64,000 nucleotides of DNA from Lobosporangium transversale. Lineage: Eukaryota. The notes beneath the pieces were generated by a model. That model ran no database searches, was not told where the DNA came from, and saw only the letters and a program-made list of their open reading frames with translations. Position numbers and translations under genes: made by a program. The stretch is from assembly GCF_002105155.1 (NCBI RefSeq), contig NW_019028989.1, positions 248,001 to 312,000 of the forward strand, written 5' to 3'. How positions within the stretch are numbered: the stretch's first letter is position 1; each line of letters opens with the position of its first letter. Positions 11,105-23,528 of this stretch are shown piece after piece.

Positions 11105-11932
11105 TTTTTTTTTTTTTTTTTTAGCAGATAAAATAGACGAAAGCAATGAAAACAAAGGTCTGAGTAAAATTAAAGCAAGGATCCAGAATATAGGCGTGTT
11201 GAGGAATTAGAACAGTAAAACAAAGTGAACAAGTTTACTTTTTAAATCTACAGTGCAGCGTGGACGCTGATTTAAAGTTTCAAAATAAGAGCTGTGTCAC
11301 ATGAGAAAAATAAATTAAATTAAGGGACAACGAACTCTAGGTAAAAACAGCCAATATCCAATCACTCTATACTGGATACCCATTCTCCAATTAAATGAGA
11401 TCCTTGCCACCCAGATTCTTGCTACCCGCAGATGAGTGAATGCTCAAGCTGTTGCTTATTTATGTTTGATTATTTATGGTACCCGAAGGCAGTCACCTAA
11501 TTTCGCAGTCGCCTATTTTTTTATTTTATTTTTTTTTAATATATAGAATATAGATATATCAATTGACATAGTTTCAGATCGAATAGGAGCACTGGGTAGC
11601 ACCACTACAAAATGCGTGCCATGCATAACAGCACCTCTCAAACACTAGCAAGACTGAGCCTTCAGGTCACCTTGTTCGTTGGCCATCCCTGAAGCGTTTC
11701 ATCATCAACCTCTCGGTGGATCGACGCGGTCAGGCCTCAGGCATTCAGGCATTAGTTAGGAAATTACGACCTGATATTGAGTGCAAGATTGGAGAACCCT
11801 GATGTCAATTATGGATCACCACCAAAATGTAATAAAAGCATACCCCACTCAATTCGGAGTAAAAGCCGCAGGTTATATTACTTTAAAGAAGTGTTGCTGT
11901 TCTACTATATTTAAGCTTGTATGATTCTGTTT

Positions 11933-12482
11933 CTATGCGTCAGCAACTTGAACATTCACCTTTCCAACAAAGGCTCCATTCAAAAAGTCGACATATGTTT
12001 CACCAATTTTGTCGACGCCATGTTTGAGGACAGCGTCTTTGTACTTGACTTCACCGTTGGCCACCAGAGGTGTCAGCTCCTCAAGAAACTTTCCAAATCT
12101 CTCATAGTGACTAAAGACAAGGTAGCCTTCATAACGGAGTTCCTTAAAGAGGATGTTGATCAGGTTCTTAGGCGCATAAGGCTCAGTATTCTGATGATAT
12201 GCCAAGGCTCCGACTGCTAGGACACGACCGCGTGGGTTAAGCAAGTCTAATACGATCTCAGTAGTGTCGTCTCCAACAAGATCGTAATAGATATCCAGTC
12301 CAGCTTCACCTACTGCCTCCGTTAAGGCTTTACGTTTGTCCTGGGTCTTGTAGTTGAATGCAGCATCAAAGCCGAGCTCATCCTTGAGGAATGTAACCTT
12401 TTCATCCGAGCCAGCAGATCCAATTACGCGAAGGCCTTTTCTCTTGGCCAATTGGCCAGCCAACTGTCCCAGAGTTCTGTGG

Positions 12483-12516
<34 letters not shown>

Positions 12517-13191
12517 AGCAATAGTTTAGATGCAATGTTTGAGAGGTTGCAAATCTGTTAATTAAAGGCCCATCATTTCCAATTTAGCTTTTACCCTGCG
12601 GCACTAGAGATATAAATGGTCTCTCCAGCCTTGAGGTCACCACGCAAGTTGAGTGAATCCCAAACAGTGAAGCCAGGAATACCCAGGACGCCGGTGTAAG
12701 CTGAAAGGGGCACCTTGGAGTCAACCGCATTATCCAAGACATTAAGATCGTTAATGTATTCAGGTTCATAAACATGTGTGTATTCTTCCCAGTGAGAAGG
12801 AGAATGAACTAAGGCACCGACAGGAAACTTTGGGTTCTTGGAATCAACCACTTTTGCTATCGCAAATCCAACCACCCTTGATTCCTTCTTGTCATTGCTG
12901 AAGTCATGACGGATATCTAGTTTCGATAGCCATACAATGCCAATAAAGAAAAATATAGGGCCTTATTCTTTTTTTTTTTTTTTTTTTTTTTTAATAAAAT
13001 AAATAAGTATGGCTCTACTTACAAGGATCCAAGGAAAAGATGAGATTCTTAACAAAGACCTCATTGTCTTTAAGGACAGGTGCAGGCTCAGTGACAGTTA
13101 CAGAGCGAAAATGGCTTTTATTAGGTGTGACTCCTTCAGGGATCTTTGAGATGAGGATACGATCTTGGGTGATTTCTTTGGAGAAAGTCAT
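11933..13191 (-). CDS. NADP-dependent oxidoreductase, PTGR1/YncB-like (MDR family), 3 exons
   Basis: SLDP|YIR, GVLGIPGFT, ISSAAG|TLGQLAGQLAK, GSAGSDEK, GFDAAFNYK and GKVNV motifs. Confidence 0.92.
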
Positions 13192-13966
13192 CTTTCTTTC
13201 TTCTTTGATGTTGATGGTGTTGTTGTTGTTGTTGTTGTTGTTGTTTTTTTGGAGAGAGGGAAGGGAGTTTGGCAGTGATAGTGTTGGGTTGTTTTCGGTT
13301 CCTTGAGGTAATGTGGTCTCTTGTTAATTGTAGAATGACCTTTTTATACATTTTTTTTTAAAAGAATATTAATAATCATTATGCGGTGAATCTAGAGTCT
13401 GTAGCCTCGGCCAACTGAAAGTCGATCGATCGTTTACACATTCACAGCTTATTTCATACGTTGAGATGGATTTGACGCGACGCGTAATTTCACCATGTAT
13501 AAATCAAGAGTAGTACAAGCTGATTATAAATCAAAGATGAATGCCAAATCTATTTGTTCTATTTCATTCGTCATTATCGAGGTAGCACCACTACAAAATG
13601 CATCCTAAGGTTTGGGCGCGCCGCATTTTTGTCCATATTGATCCGTGCCATGCATAACAGCACCTCTCAGTTTCTTATCAAATTTACACTTTTCTTAACA
13701 GCTTCAACAAAGAAATTGTTTCAATTGGACTACGTACATTTCCTTGAGCTCGTCATAATTAACCCCAATGCGCAAATATCACTTGTTGGTTCAAGAGCTA
13801 TACATGTAGGCACATCATGTAACGCTGCCAGTTGGATGATAGATTTTAATTCGCCTTGTAATGATCCACACACTCTATCTCTATGATTATACACCCCACA
13901 CTCTCACACACTTGATATTCTCATACACGCTAATTCGTAATGCTCATTCCAGCATGTTTAGTATCC

Positions 13967-16154
13967 TTAAATCTCTTTTGCACATGCAGTGAAGAACTTG
14001 CGAGGATTGCCACCTGATGTGATAAACTTGTTAAGAAAAAGGGCTTCTGATGGGGCTTTTTTTTTTTTTTTTTTTTTTTTTTTGTCGTTGTTAATATTGT
14101 TGCATAAAATGTATAGTTTTGGGATGTCATTAGTATCCAATGTTGCATAATGTATTTCAATGACCCATAATTTCTTCTTCCACATCAGTGCATGTATAGA
14201 CACGCTTACCATCATAGATAATGTTGCCTTTTTTGTAGTAATTAAAGACGCCTTTGGCTTCTGGTCTTGTATAATTTGGTACTTCAAATCTAGTGAAGCC
14301 TTGAGTCCATGGCAAAATGGTCTGGGACAATTTCTTGTAGGGTGAGACCACTTTGACTCCTAAGCTGACATCGAGGGTCTCACTCTTCCTCGGCCAATGT
14401 GTTTCACTCGTAGCAGTGACAATGGCTCCATGACTCAGTGAGTTCTTTCCTGAAATATACCGCAAAAACAAATTGGGGAGTTTCAAATGCTCAGGATTGA
14501 GCGCTTTGGCATCCTGATTCAGGTATTCTGTAGGGCGAAAGAAGGTGTTGATTTCGTCCACAGCAATCAATGTGGGGACCCTAATGTGGAGAATAAAAGG
14601 CATGAGCATCCTCGACTCAATTACGAGGCAAAAATGATTCCGGGACTGATTTGACTGAGGTAGGCATCACGCTTTTTTTTTTTTTATGATGTTCGTTATT
14701 TGATTACATACCCCTTTTGAGCCCCCAATTCCTTCAAGAAGAGTTCCATGACATCCTGCGCAGCGAATTGGTTCTTCACAGCGATTTCAAGGAGAGCAGA
14801 TAACGTAGTTCCTTTTGCAACCTCCTGATGGCCGATCATGGCATTCTCTGAAACAACAATTCCGTTGAGGGTTGATTTGTTAGCGCCGTGGATCTGCCCA
14901 GCAACGTTAGATGCGAGCAAAGGCTGAACAAACGATGTTGAGCCCGGCACCTTGTTGTAGGCGAAAGAGCTATTCATCCAAGTACTTGCTGTTCAAATTG
15001 AGTCAGAAAATATATGTCAATTATGATAATAAAATTGATTTGGTGGTCCAAACTTATTATCATATCATGTCATATCGTACCTTTAGGGACGTAGATCACA
15101 ACCCATCCAGCAGAGAGGCAGTGGCTTACAGCTTGTAGCAATACAGCGCTCTTTCCTGATCCAGACTCCCCTGTAAGTACGATCCTGCTTTGCGCTGAAG
15201 GCGTCTTCATAGCCTTATCAACCCTCTCAAGCAAATCGACAGTCGACTCACGGACGACCAATGCAGCAGACTTGACCAAAGCGAACTAGATGATGAGAAA
15301 TATTGAGGATATCCACAATGAGTATAGGTGTCTCATGTCGAAATTATAGCTAGGTATGAGATATTGTATGGTGATGCGCGACCCTGATCTGTACCTGCTC
15401 ATTCAAGAATGTTGGGAAGGCAGTTTGGCTCAATGCTGGCGTTACGACCGAAGGTATTCCAAGGACTTTTCCAATGTTATCCTTGGTAGCGGTAGACTAT
15501 AAATCACCAATGTATCAAAAAAAGAGAGGATTTCTGTTACTCCTAGTAAAAGACCCGAAAACTACATCTCCCGATACAGCTGCTGAAGGCGCTTACAGGA
15601 AGGAATTCCTCAACTTTGACAGGGATTGCAGCTTTATAATATTTCTCATTCAAGCGACCGGCTCCTGTTGCGCCCTAAACAAGTTAACAACCATCATATC
15701 AAAGCAAGACACCAAGTGTGATCGAGAGTTAAATTAGCTGTGTATCTCAATGTTGTATCCCGAGTCCCATTAAGCTAGGTTGTACCTCATTGCTGTCATC
15801 GTCTACTACTCCCTTCTTGCGAAAGGAGTTGGAATGTCCTTTGGCACGGGTAGGAGCTGCACCTATATTGATTGATTGGTGATCAGGAATCGCAAGGGTA
15901 TAAGAGAGGAAGGATGCGGTATTAATATGTCAAGGCTTGTCCTCAGTACTGATCAGCCACCTCGATGAACTACCAGGAACTAGGATAGGTAGTTGATAAA
16001 AGCTACCTTTCTTGGCCTTTACAGCGGCCGAGACGACGGCGGAAGCCGTGACATAGTTGGCGTACTGAACAGGCACAGTAGCTTTGATACGTGCTGCAAG
16101 AGTCTGCTGTGTCCTAGGCAGCAGAGAAGTCGAAGTGAGCAGTCGGTGTGCCAT
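13967..16154 (-). CDS. RSM23: Mitochondrial ribosomal small subunit protein mS29 (DAP3/Rsm23), multi-exon
   Basis: P-loop LTGESGSGKS, GWVVIYVP, PTLIAVDEIN, C-terminal SGGNPR; N-terminal mitochondrial targeting-like sequence. Confidence 0.9.
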
Positions 16155-16492
16155 GAATGCGAGCGTGCCAAGTACTGAGGCCGATGGAGGTTTTCCGAGT
16201 GCTATGGAAGTGTAACAAAGCGAGGAGAAGGAACACTCGTTGTTGTTACCAGGAATAAGGTCTGAGCAGGACTCATGTTTACAGTGACTGTCTTTACTGA
16301 AGAACGGATGCATGTAAAATGGATTTAGTGTTAATACTTGCGATTGGAACGAAATCAATGGCGTAGGTTTGTTTGGAGAAGGCTACGGGTCGTGCCGTGG
16401 TGTGGCCCTGAATACCACTAGCACAGTGGGGTCAGATTCACATCTCTTTTTCCTCTCCTCATCACTCCACTCATCAGCACTCATCTCTCACC

Positions 16493-18069
16493 ATGGCCCT
16501 CCGTCTTTTGACCAAGAGCTCCTCGGGTAATTCATTGCCTCCATTCAATCGCTATCGCCTCCGATCCTTCACCCCCTCTTCATATACGCGTTATCCATTT
16601 TTTCACCAGTTAAATCTGTTGTTGAAAAAAAAAAAAAAAAAAAAAAAAAAACGGATTAAATCTGTCCTTGTAGGACCCCAATACTGTCCATTAAAATTGA
16701 TAATTAGACGATTTCATTCAACAGGCAGACTGTTTGACCTCTTACGCCCACTCTTCTAACAATTGTCAAACATGCACACGTTAATACAATACTCTCACCC
16801 TCTGATTTCGCATTTTTCGCCCCTGATCAGGAATCTGCAATCTCCTTCCTCGTCATTCATTTCTTGACTCAGCATTACCTTTAATTTATTGCTTCCATTC
16901 CAACTAATATGAGAGCATGTTCCTTTTTTACCATCGCCTTTAGTCGCCGCCGTGCGCCCCATGCTCGCTGCCCAGCGCTCCAGCGCCTCTGCTGCGTATG
17001 TATCTTTTTTTTTTTTTTTTTTTGTCTTTTTGTTTTTTGTTTTATATATTTATTTATATCATTTTGCCAACAGATGGTTTGTTCGATCGTGATATATTCT
17101 AACATTAATGTCTTTTATTGTATTCTATCGATGCAGCATCCGTCACATGACTACCTCGACTGAAGGTTCGTTACATTGATCTTTTTCTTTTTTCAAATGG
17201 ACTATTTTTTTTGTGTCGTCACATAGAAACGCTTGGATGTGTACAAAAATCACAATTCATATTTGGACAGTTGCAGCAGATACCAAACAGGACAAAAAAA
17301 AAGGAATTGAAGTTGCACAGTACACAGCACAGCTCAATTGGACGCTCGGACCATGCCATTGCTGCCCAGAAAAAGGAAATAGAATGGATAAGTAGTCCTT
17401 TCATCTCACATGTCAAAATGGCTTCTTCTATTGTTCAATTTTTTTCCTCCTTCAGAGAAGCAAGTTTCCCCTGAGAACAAGGCTCAGAGCATCATCGACT
17501 CGCTTCCCGGCAACTCATTGCTTTCCAAGACCGCCTACGTCACCGCCCTTACTGGTGCTGCCACCTACTTGATTTCCAAGGAGATTTACGTCTTCAACGA
17601 GGAATCCTTGGTCCTTTTGGCTTTCGCTGCCACTTTCGGTGGAATTGTGAAGTCTGCTCGTGAGCCCTTCAATGAGTGGGCTGATGGCCACATCAACAAG
17701 ATCCGCTCTGTTCTTCAGAAGGCCCGTGTTGACCACAAGGCTGCTGTTGAGGAGCGCATCGATCAGGTTGGCCAGATGAAGGACGTTGTTGATGTCACCA
17801 AGGCTCTGTATGCTCTCTCCAAGGAGACTGCCAAGCTCGAGGCTGAGGCCTTTGAGCTCAAGCAGAAGACTGCTTTGACTTCTGAGATCAAGTCTGTCCT
17901 TGACTCTTGGGTCCGTTATGAGACCTCGGTCCGTGAGCGTGAGCAGAGCAAGCTTGTTGCTTACATGATCGAGAAGATCAAGGCTGATCTTCAGGATCCC
18001 AAATTGCAGTCCAAGATCTTGGAAGAGTCTATCAGTCAGGTTGAGAAGATTGCTTCCTCCAAGGCTTAA
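16493..18069 (+). CDS. ATP4: Mitochondrial ATP synthase subunit b (subunit 4), 4 exons
   Basis: KAQSIIDSLPGNSLLSKT, ISKEIYVFNEE, KSVLDSWVRYE; short presequence exons upstream; strong codon bias. Confidence 0.95.
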
Positions 18070-18290
18070 TTAAATACAAAGTTTTGATTTCTTTTCCTTT
18101 TACATTTTTCGTGCGTAGTGAAAAAAGAAAGATAAAGAAAAAGAAGGGTGTCCTCTCTTTTTTGTTTTTAATTGTTACGCGCCACTCTTCCCTCCTCCCT
18201 TCTCTATCAAATACAGAGCTCCTCTCATTTTATTTTCTTAAAATCATTAAAATTTTGAAAGTGATTACCAAAAAAAAAAGAAAAAATTTT

Positions 18291-21200
18291 CTATGGTTGG
18301 CCTGGCGTTTCTATCACTTCTCCTTCTTCAGTACCGCTAGCTAAGGCAGCCTCTGTCAACGTTGCGGCTTCTACCAAAGGCTCTTGCTCATCAACAGTTT
18401 TTTGTTTCTATTGAAGGCGAATTAATCAGTTGGTAAACTTCAGCGTAATAGTTGTAAAAAAAAAAAAAAAAAAAAAATTGAATACCTTGGCTTTGCGATC
18501 GGAGTCTTCAGAGGTTTCAGCTTCTCTCACATTAGCGTTGTCTCTATCATTTTTTCCATTGGGTTGTGAATCTTTAGCTGATTCGGATGATGGAGGATGC
18601 TCCCGTGTGTTGGTGATGCTCCGTCGGTGATGATCTCCATTTGAGTGGTGATGATGTCCAGTGCTGCTACTGCTGTTACCGTAGTGATGTCTACTGTTGC
18701 TCGGTGCAGAACGCTTGCGATCTGACATCGACCGTTTGCCATAATAGTCGGCATCATCTTCCAAAATTGACCCATCTTCATCATCACTATCATAATTCTT
18801 AGAAATTCGTTCCTGCAAAACAGTAAAATGACAATAATAACCATTATGACAGAGCACATTAGGGGCCAAATCGTGACAATGCCAGCAGACGTGACTAATG
18901 CCTCAATAAACCTCATGCTATCATACCTTGAGTCGTTCTATATATCGATCAAAGACTTCTTTCCTCTTCTCGTCTGTTTCAAGAGCAGCATACTCGGCTG
19001 TAGATTCAGCTCTTGCTCTAACCTTGATTGATCGTTAAATGATATAGTTGCATTATTATCACTGCAATAGATACGTGAGCCTGGAAGGAACAATTCTTAT
19101 AAACTTACGTCATCCCAGGATGATTCGACAGTGACAGCTGGATTCAATGACCTCAGCATTGATCTAAATGACTCTGCCTTCTTGCGCGCCAGTTTTTCTT
19201 GACGTCGCTTTTCTTCTTTGGCATGGTGGAGAACTTTGCCTAAAAGTTGCTCGAAAATCAAACGGAGGTCATCTGTTGTTAAATGGCTGACTTTCGCCTG
19301 TTTCGAGATTAAATTTTGGAACTCTTCGAATTTCGACTCTGGTAGAATCTCGTAGTTAATATTCTATCGGTGATCAATCAGTTAACTGGAGAGTTAATGA
19401 CTAATTTTAGAGTACACACTTCCAGTTCATTTGCGTAAAAATATTTCTCTGTGACAACTAACCCTTAATAAGTCTTGGACCATCTTGCGATCTTGGTATA
19501 GCTTCTCATCCAGGTCCTCGACTAGATCCCAGAAAAGCTCCATGGGTGTAGAGCCAGGCTGTCCAAGAATATCCTGGTATCGAGGGTCATCTTTGATCAG
19601 CGGATGGATCTGCATCCAATAGGTCTTTGCATTCAACTGGCCCTTGCTTTTTAATTCATTCAGGAGATCTTTGAATGCCTCTCGCCTCTTTCTCTCAGCA
19701 CGCTTTCGAAGTGTGCGTTCCCGAGCACGGTTTTGGTCGTACTTTTCCTCCAAGTGTTTGATATGGTCTTCATAGACCGTCAATCGATTCACTTTGCTTA
19801 GACTTTGTATCAGATCTGATTCTTTGAACTCTTTATTTTCCTGCAGCAGATCCTTGGCCTCTGCCCAACGAGTTGTCAAGGTGATCTCGTCCATTGATTG
19901 TAAAATTGACAAAAGTGCCGCCATACCGGCTTTCCGTTTCCGCCTTGACTCTTCTTTCTCTTGGCGGATCAATTCGCTGACATAACCGTCAAAGATTCGA
20001 TAGCGCTGGCGATCGTCTGTGATAGCTTTGAAGGCTGGTTCATCTGCAAGAAGTCTGGAAACAGTAGTGTATCGACTAGCATGTGTTATCTTCTCATTAC
20101 TCTTAAGTAGGTCCAAAAAGTCCTGCTTCTGCTTTTGTTGGCGGGCTTTGTCTTCTTGCTTTTCTTGAATGCGTCGTTCGTCTACATACTCTTGGAATGC
20201 GGCCTTGCGCTCTGCAGTGGTTTTAAGCGCACGATACATTGGGTTTGTTACAACAGCACGCATGGTCTGCTCCCAAGTCCATGTTGACGTGACACCCTAG
20301 TGTGAAACATATAGTAGTTGACAGATATTGTTAATACCCTATTATGTATGTAACTGTCTGATACACACTGAATGATTATCATGACAGTCACTCACTGTTT
20401 CCTTAAGCATATTTTTGAACGCTTCCTCGGCTTCTTCTTTAGTCGCAAACTCTGGTGTTTCATTAACACTCCTTTCACGTCCCCGATTATTGCTGCTATC
20501 GGTTGGAACAAATGATTGTTGAAAGCGAGGCCTAGGTCCGTGCTGATGATGGAATTGTGGCCGTTGTGATGGATTCTGGGTAGGTATGAAAGGTGGGCCA
20601 TTGCTTCTCATAGGATCCTGTCCAAGCATGGGAAGAGGCGCCCCTTGATGAAGTGGTGGTTGTTGATGTTGTATTTGCTGTAGTGGTTGTGGCTGTGATT
20701 GCGTTTGTAGGTGGATTTGCTGCTGCTGCTGCTGCTGAGGTGGGTTAAGTGGAGCTGAAGGTTGCTGTGTTCCTGGGATGATTGTTTGGTGTCTTAGAGG
20801 TGAGGGAATTGAAACTACGGACGCGGACGTGGGTGTCAATGGCTTCACATGTGTTTGATGCGGTGGTGTAGCAGCTAAAGGGGTAGTAGTCACTACCGCT
20901 GTTACTGCAGGCGCTTTTGCCCCTTCCCTAGTCTTTGTTTCTTCTGCAAGTTCGTCCAGCAGCACCTTATACTCCTCTGGCATGGTCCATACGGTCTCTT
21001 TGGAGGTTGCATTATGGTAGTATTTCTTCCCTTCAGGTGTCGTGTACTCCTTCCAAGGACTTTTTTCAAGTGCCAGCTAGTGTTCAAGTATAATAATGAG
21101 GTTACCAGATTAAGAGTTTTATTGAGGAACCCACCGTCTCAAAACCAGTTTAGTTCAGACGGCTTACCTCTTTTGGTGTTTTTAGTTCATCAGGCTTCTG

Positions 21201-21296
21201 CCAAACTGTCTGTCTAGTCGTCTGGTGATAGTAGTACTTTCGTCCGTCCTGATGCGTGTACTCCACCCATAGACTCTTTGATGGTGAATCAGCCAT
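18291..21296 (-). CDS. PRP40: Pre-mRNA processing factor Prp40 (2 WW + FF domains)
   Basis: WW motifs WVEYTHQDGRKYYY...WQKP and WKEYTTPEGKKYYH...WTMP; FF repeats; LGQPGSTPMELFWD. Confidence 0.93.
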
Positions 21297-21444
21297 GGCG
21301 TCTTTGGCGTTATGTTGAGTTGGTGCCTTTTCAAGAACAGTGGGAGTTGCTTGATCTCGTTTATTCTGTGAGGTGGCTTGTTACCAAAGCCAAAAAGCCT
21401 TGACCTTGTTAAGATGCACGACTTTGGACTGGAGAAAGAATTCA

Positions 21445-23400
21445 ATGCCTCGGATCACATCTCAGGAGCTAGTCTCAGGAATCGTGCAGGAATGCCACAC
21501 TCAGTTCAGTAAACTTCCTAAGCATGGGAAGCCAGCCAAGAAGACCAATGGTCAGACAGAATGGACTATTCTTGCAGGAATTGTCATGGCAATTCCTGTA
21601 AACGACACTGAACAGAGTGCTGATAAAAAGGGCGAGGGAGATGAACTATGGGACATAGCATGTATATCACTTGCGTAAGTATTGAAGCATCGTTACTATT
21701 ATTTCGGTTACCTATCGAGTTTTCATCAAGATGTAGGGCGGGACACTGTTTGACGCAATGTCGTCTTCAACATATTAGAACAGGAAGCAAATGTTTACCT
21801 CAAAGCAAACTGAGTCCTCGTGGGGATGTCGTAAACGACTGCCACGCAGAAGTCCTTGCTCGCAGAGGATTTAACAGGTGTGTGAATCGAGGCACCACGT
21901 ACCGCTTAGTAGCACCAATCACTATTGTTACTAGGAAATCTTACTTTATTATATCTTTTGATCGCTATTTTCAAATCCGACAGATGGTGTCTGGCGCAAA
22001 TGCAATCGTGCATTGGCAATCCCGACAATCCCAAGAATATATTTCGCTATATAGGAGAGCAAAGTACAGGGCAGGGCGAGAAGTGGCCATTCTTCGAGCT
22101 TGTAAGCTCGCGTACTCAGTTCCATCTGTATGTCAGCCAGTCACCTTGTATGTACGACTTATAATAATAGCCCTTTAGATCTTCCGCTCAATCCAAGATG
22201 TCGAATGAATTGAGCCTAATATTAGCCATTGGTTATGGTTTATACACTAGGTGGCGATGCCACAACAGCCAGCCTTGCTTTGACTCAAACAGCAGAATCT
22301 AAACAAGCTTTCATGAATGGCCAAAAGCTACAGACTAACATGGGAACACGAATATTCGCACCAGCTCTTGAAATCGGAGTCGTGGGATCTAAACGCCAAC
22401 GCGAAAAGGATATTGAAAGCTTGCCAGTTGCTATAAAATGTCCAAGGCTTGATGAGATGGAAGATATCTCTACCGTTAGTGCGTCGCTAATTAATTGCGA
22501 TCATGTTCTTGAGCTTCGGCGGGGCCGGGTTGATTATGACTCAGTGGGTGTGCTGCGGACAAAACCTGGTCGAGTTGATTCAGAGCCAACCCTGTCCATG
22601 TCTTGTTCAGACAAGATTGCACGATGGAACGTCCTTGGAATCACCTCAGCATTAGTTGCGCCGTTTCTTAAACCTATTTTTTTGCAATCTATTGTGATTT
22701 GTGAGCTATTTGACACTACTGCACTTGAGAGAGCGCTTTTTGGCCGAATTAAGTGCTGCAGATGTTCTGATAATTCTTTACAGCCAACGCAACTGCATCC
22801 AATTGACATTCATAAGACTACATCCGTGTTCGAGTTCAGTAAAGAATCAATTACAGCAAAGAATGAACAAGAAGGGGTTATGACCCCTCCAGTTGCATGC
22901 CCTTCTAGTATGAATGTTAATTAATAGATTTTTCATGCTTATACTTGTTAAGGCATGCCAAGGCCTTACTGAATCATATGCATTTTATCTTTGCTAGCTC
23001 ACCTATCTAATATTCACTTGCTTTCATTGTAGGTATCTCATGGATCGCATCGGAGTCCTTGACAACGGAGGTCCTTGTGAATGGCTGTAAAGCTGGTGCA
23101 TCTGCTAGACAACCGCTACAGTCAAAATCAAGAAGTCGGCTCTGTAAACTTAATATGTTCAAAGCAAGTGTTGCTCTTTGGAAAAGTCTTCCCTCATTTA
23201 ATCTGAAATCTTCAAATCAAGACAATCTTGTGCAGCGTTTGATGAGCGAGGATTCAAGCAATATAATTTATGCAGATTGGAAAGCACAGACTTCAGAGTA
23301 TAATACTGTGAAGCAGCAGCTCTTTCAAGGCGTGTTCCAAAATTGGGTTAAAAACGATAAAACATTAGAAATGTTTAACGTTGATGGAGAAATAAAGTAA
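21445..23400 (+). CDS. TAD1: tRNA-specific adenosine deaminase 1 (ADAT1/Tad1)
   Basis: [47 protein letters not shown] and SRLCK motifs. Confidence 0.92.
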
Positions 23401-23528
23401 GCATCTTACATGCAGATTATAATTTAATGCAGTTGATGATACATTCCTGTAATATATAAATAGCTTTATGTGTAATAAAAAATCTTCTTTTGATAATGAG
23501 GATGAGTACTTTTTTTTTTTTTTTTTTT

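Larger units (their letters stand above)
6120..11554 (-). mobile_element. Putative Helitron-derived non-autonomous element; boundaries tentative
   Basis: Minus-strand A|TCTATATTCTATAT start at 11554; Helitron-type zinc-finger motif at ~9050-9160; hairpin GCGTG-TAAAT-CACGC (6142-6156) followed by CTAG (6120-6123). The base after CTAG is A, not the canonical T. No Rep/helicase domain seen. Confidence 0.4.

Noticed and set aside
16660..16780. Two possible hairpins plus ACA in ATP4 intron 1 as an H/ACA snoRNA
   Set aside because: No ANANNA H box in the hinge and no target identified; would need an Infernal or snoGPS search.
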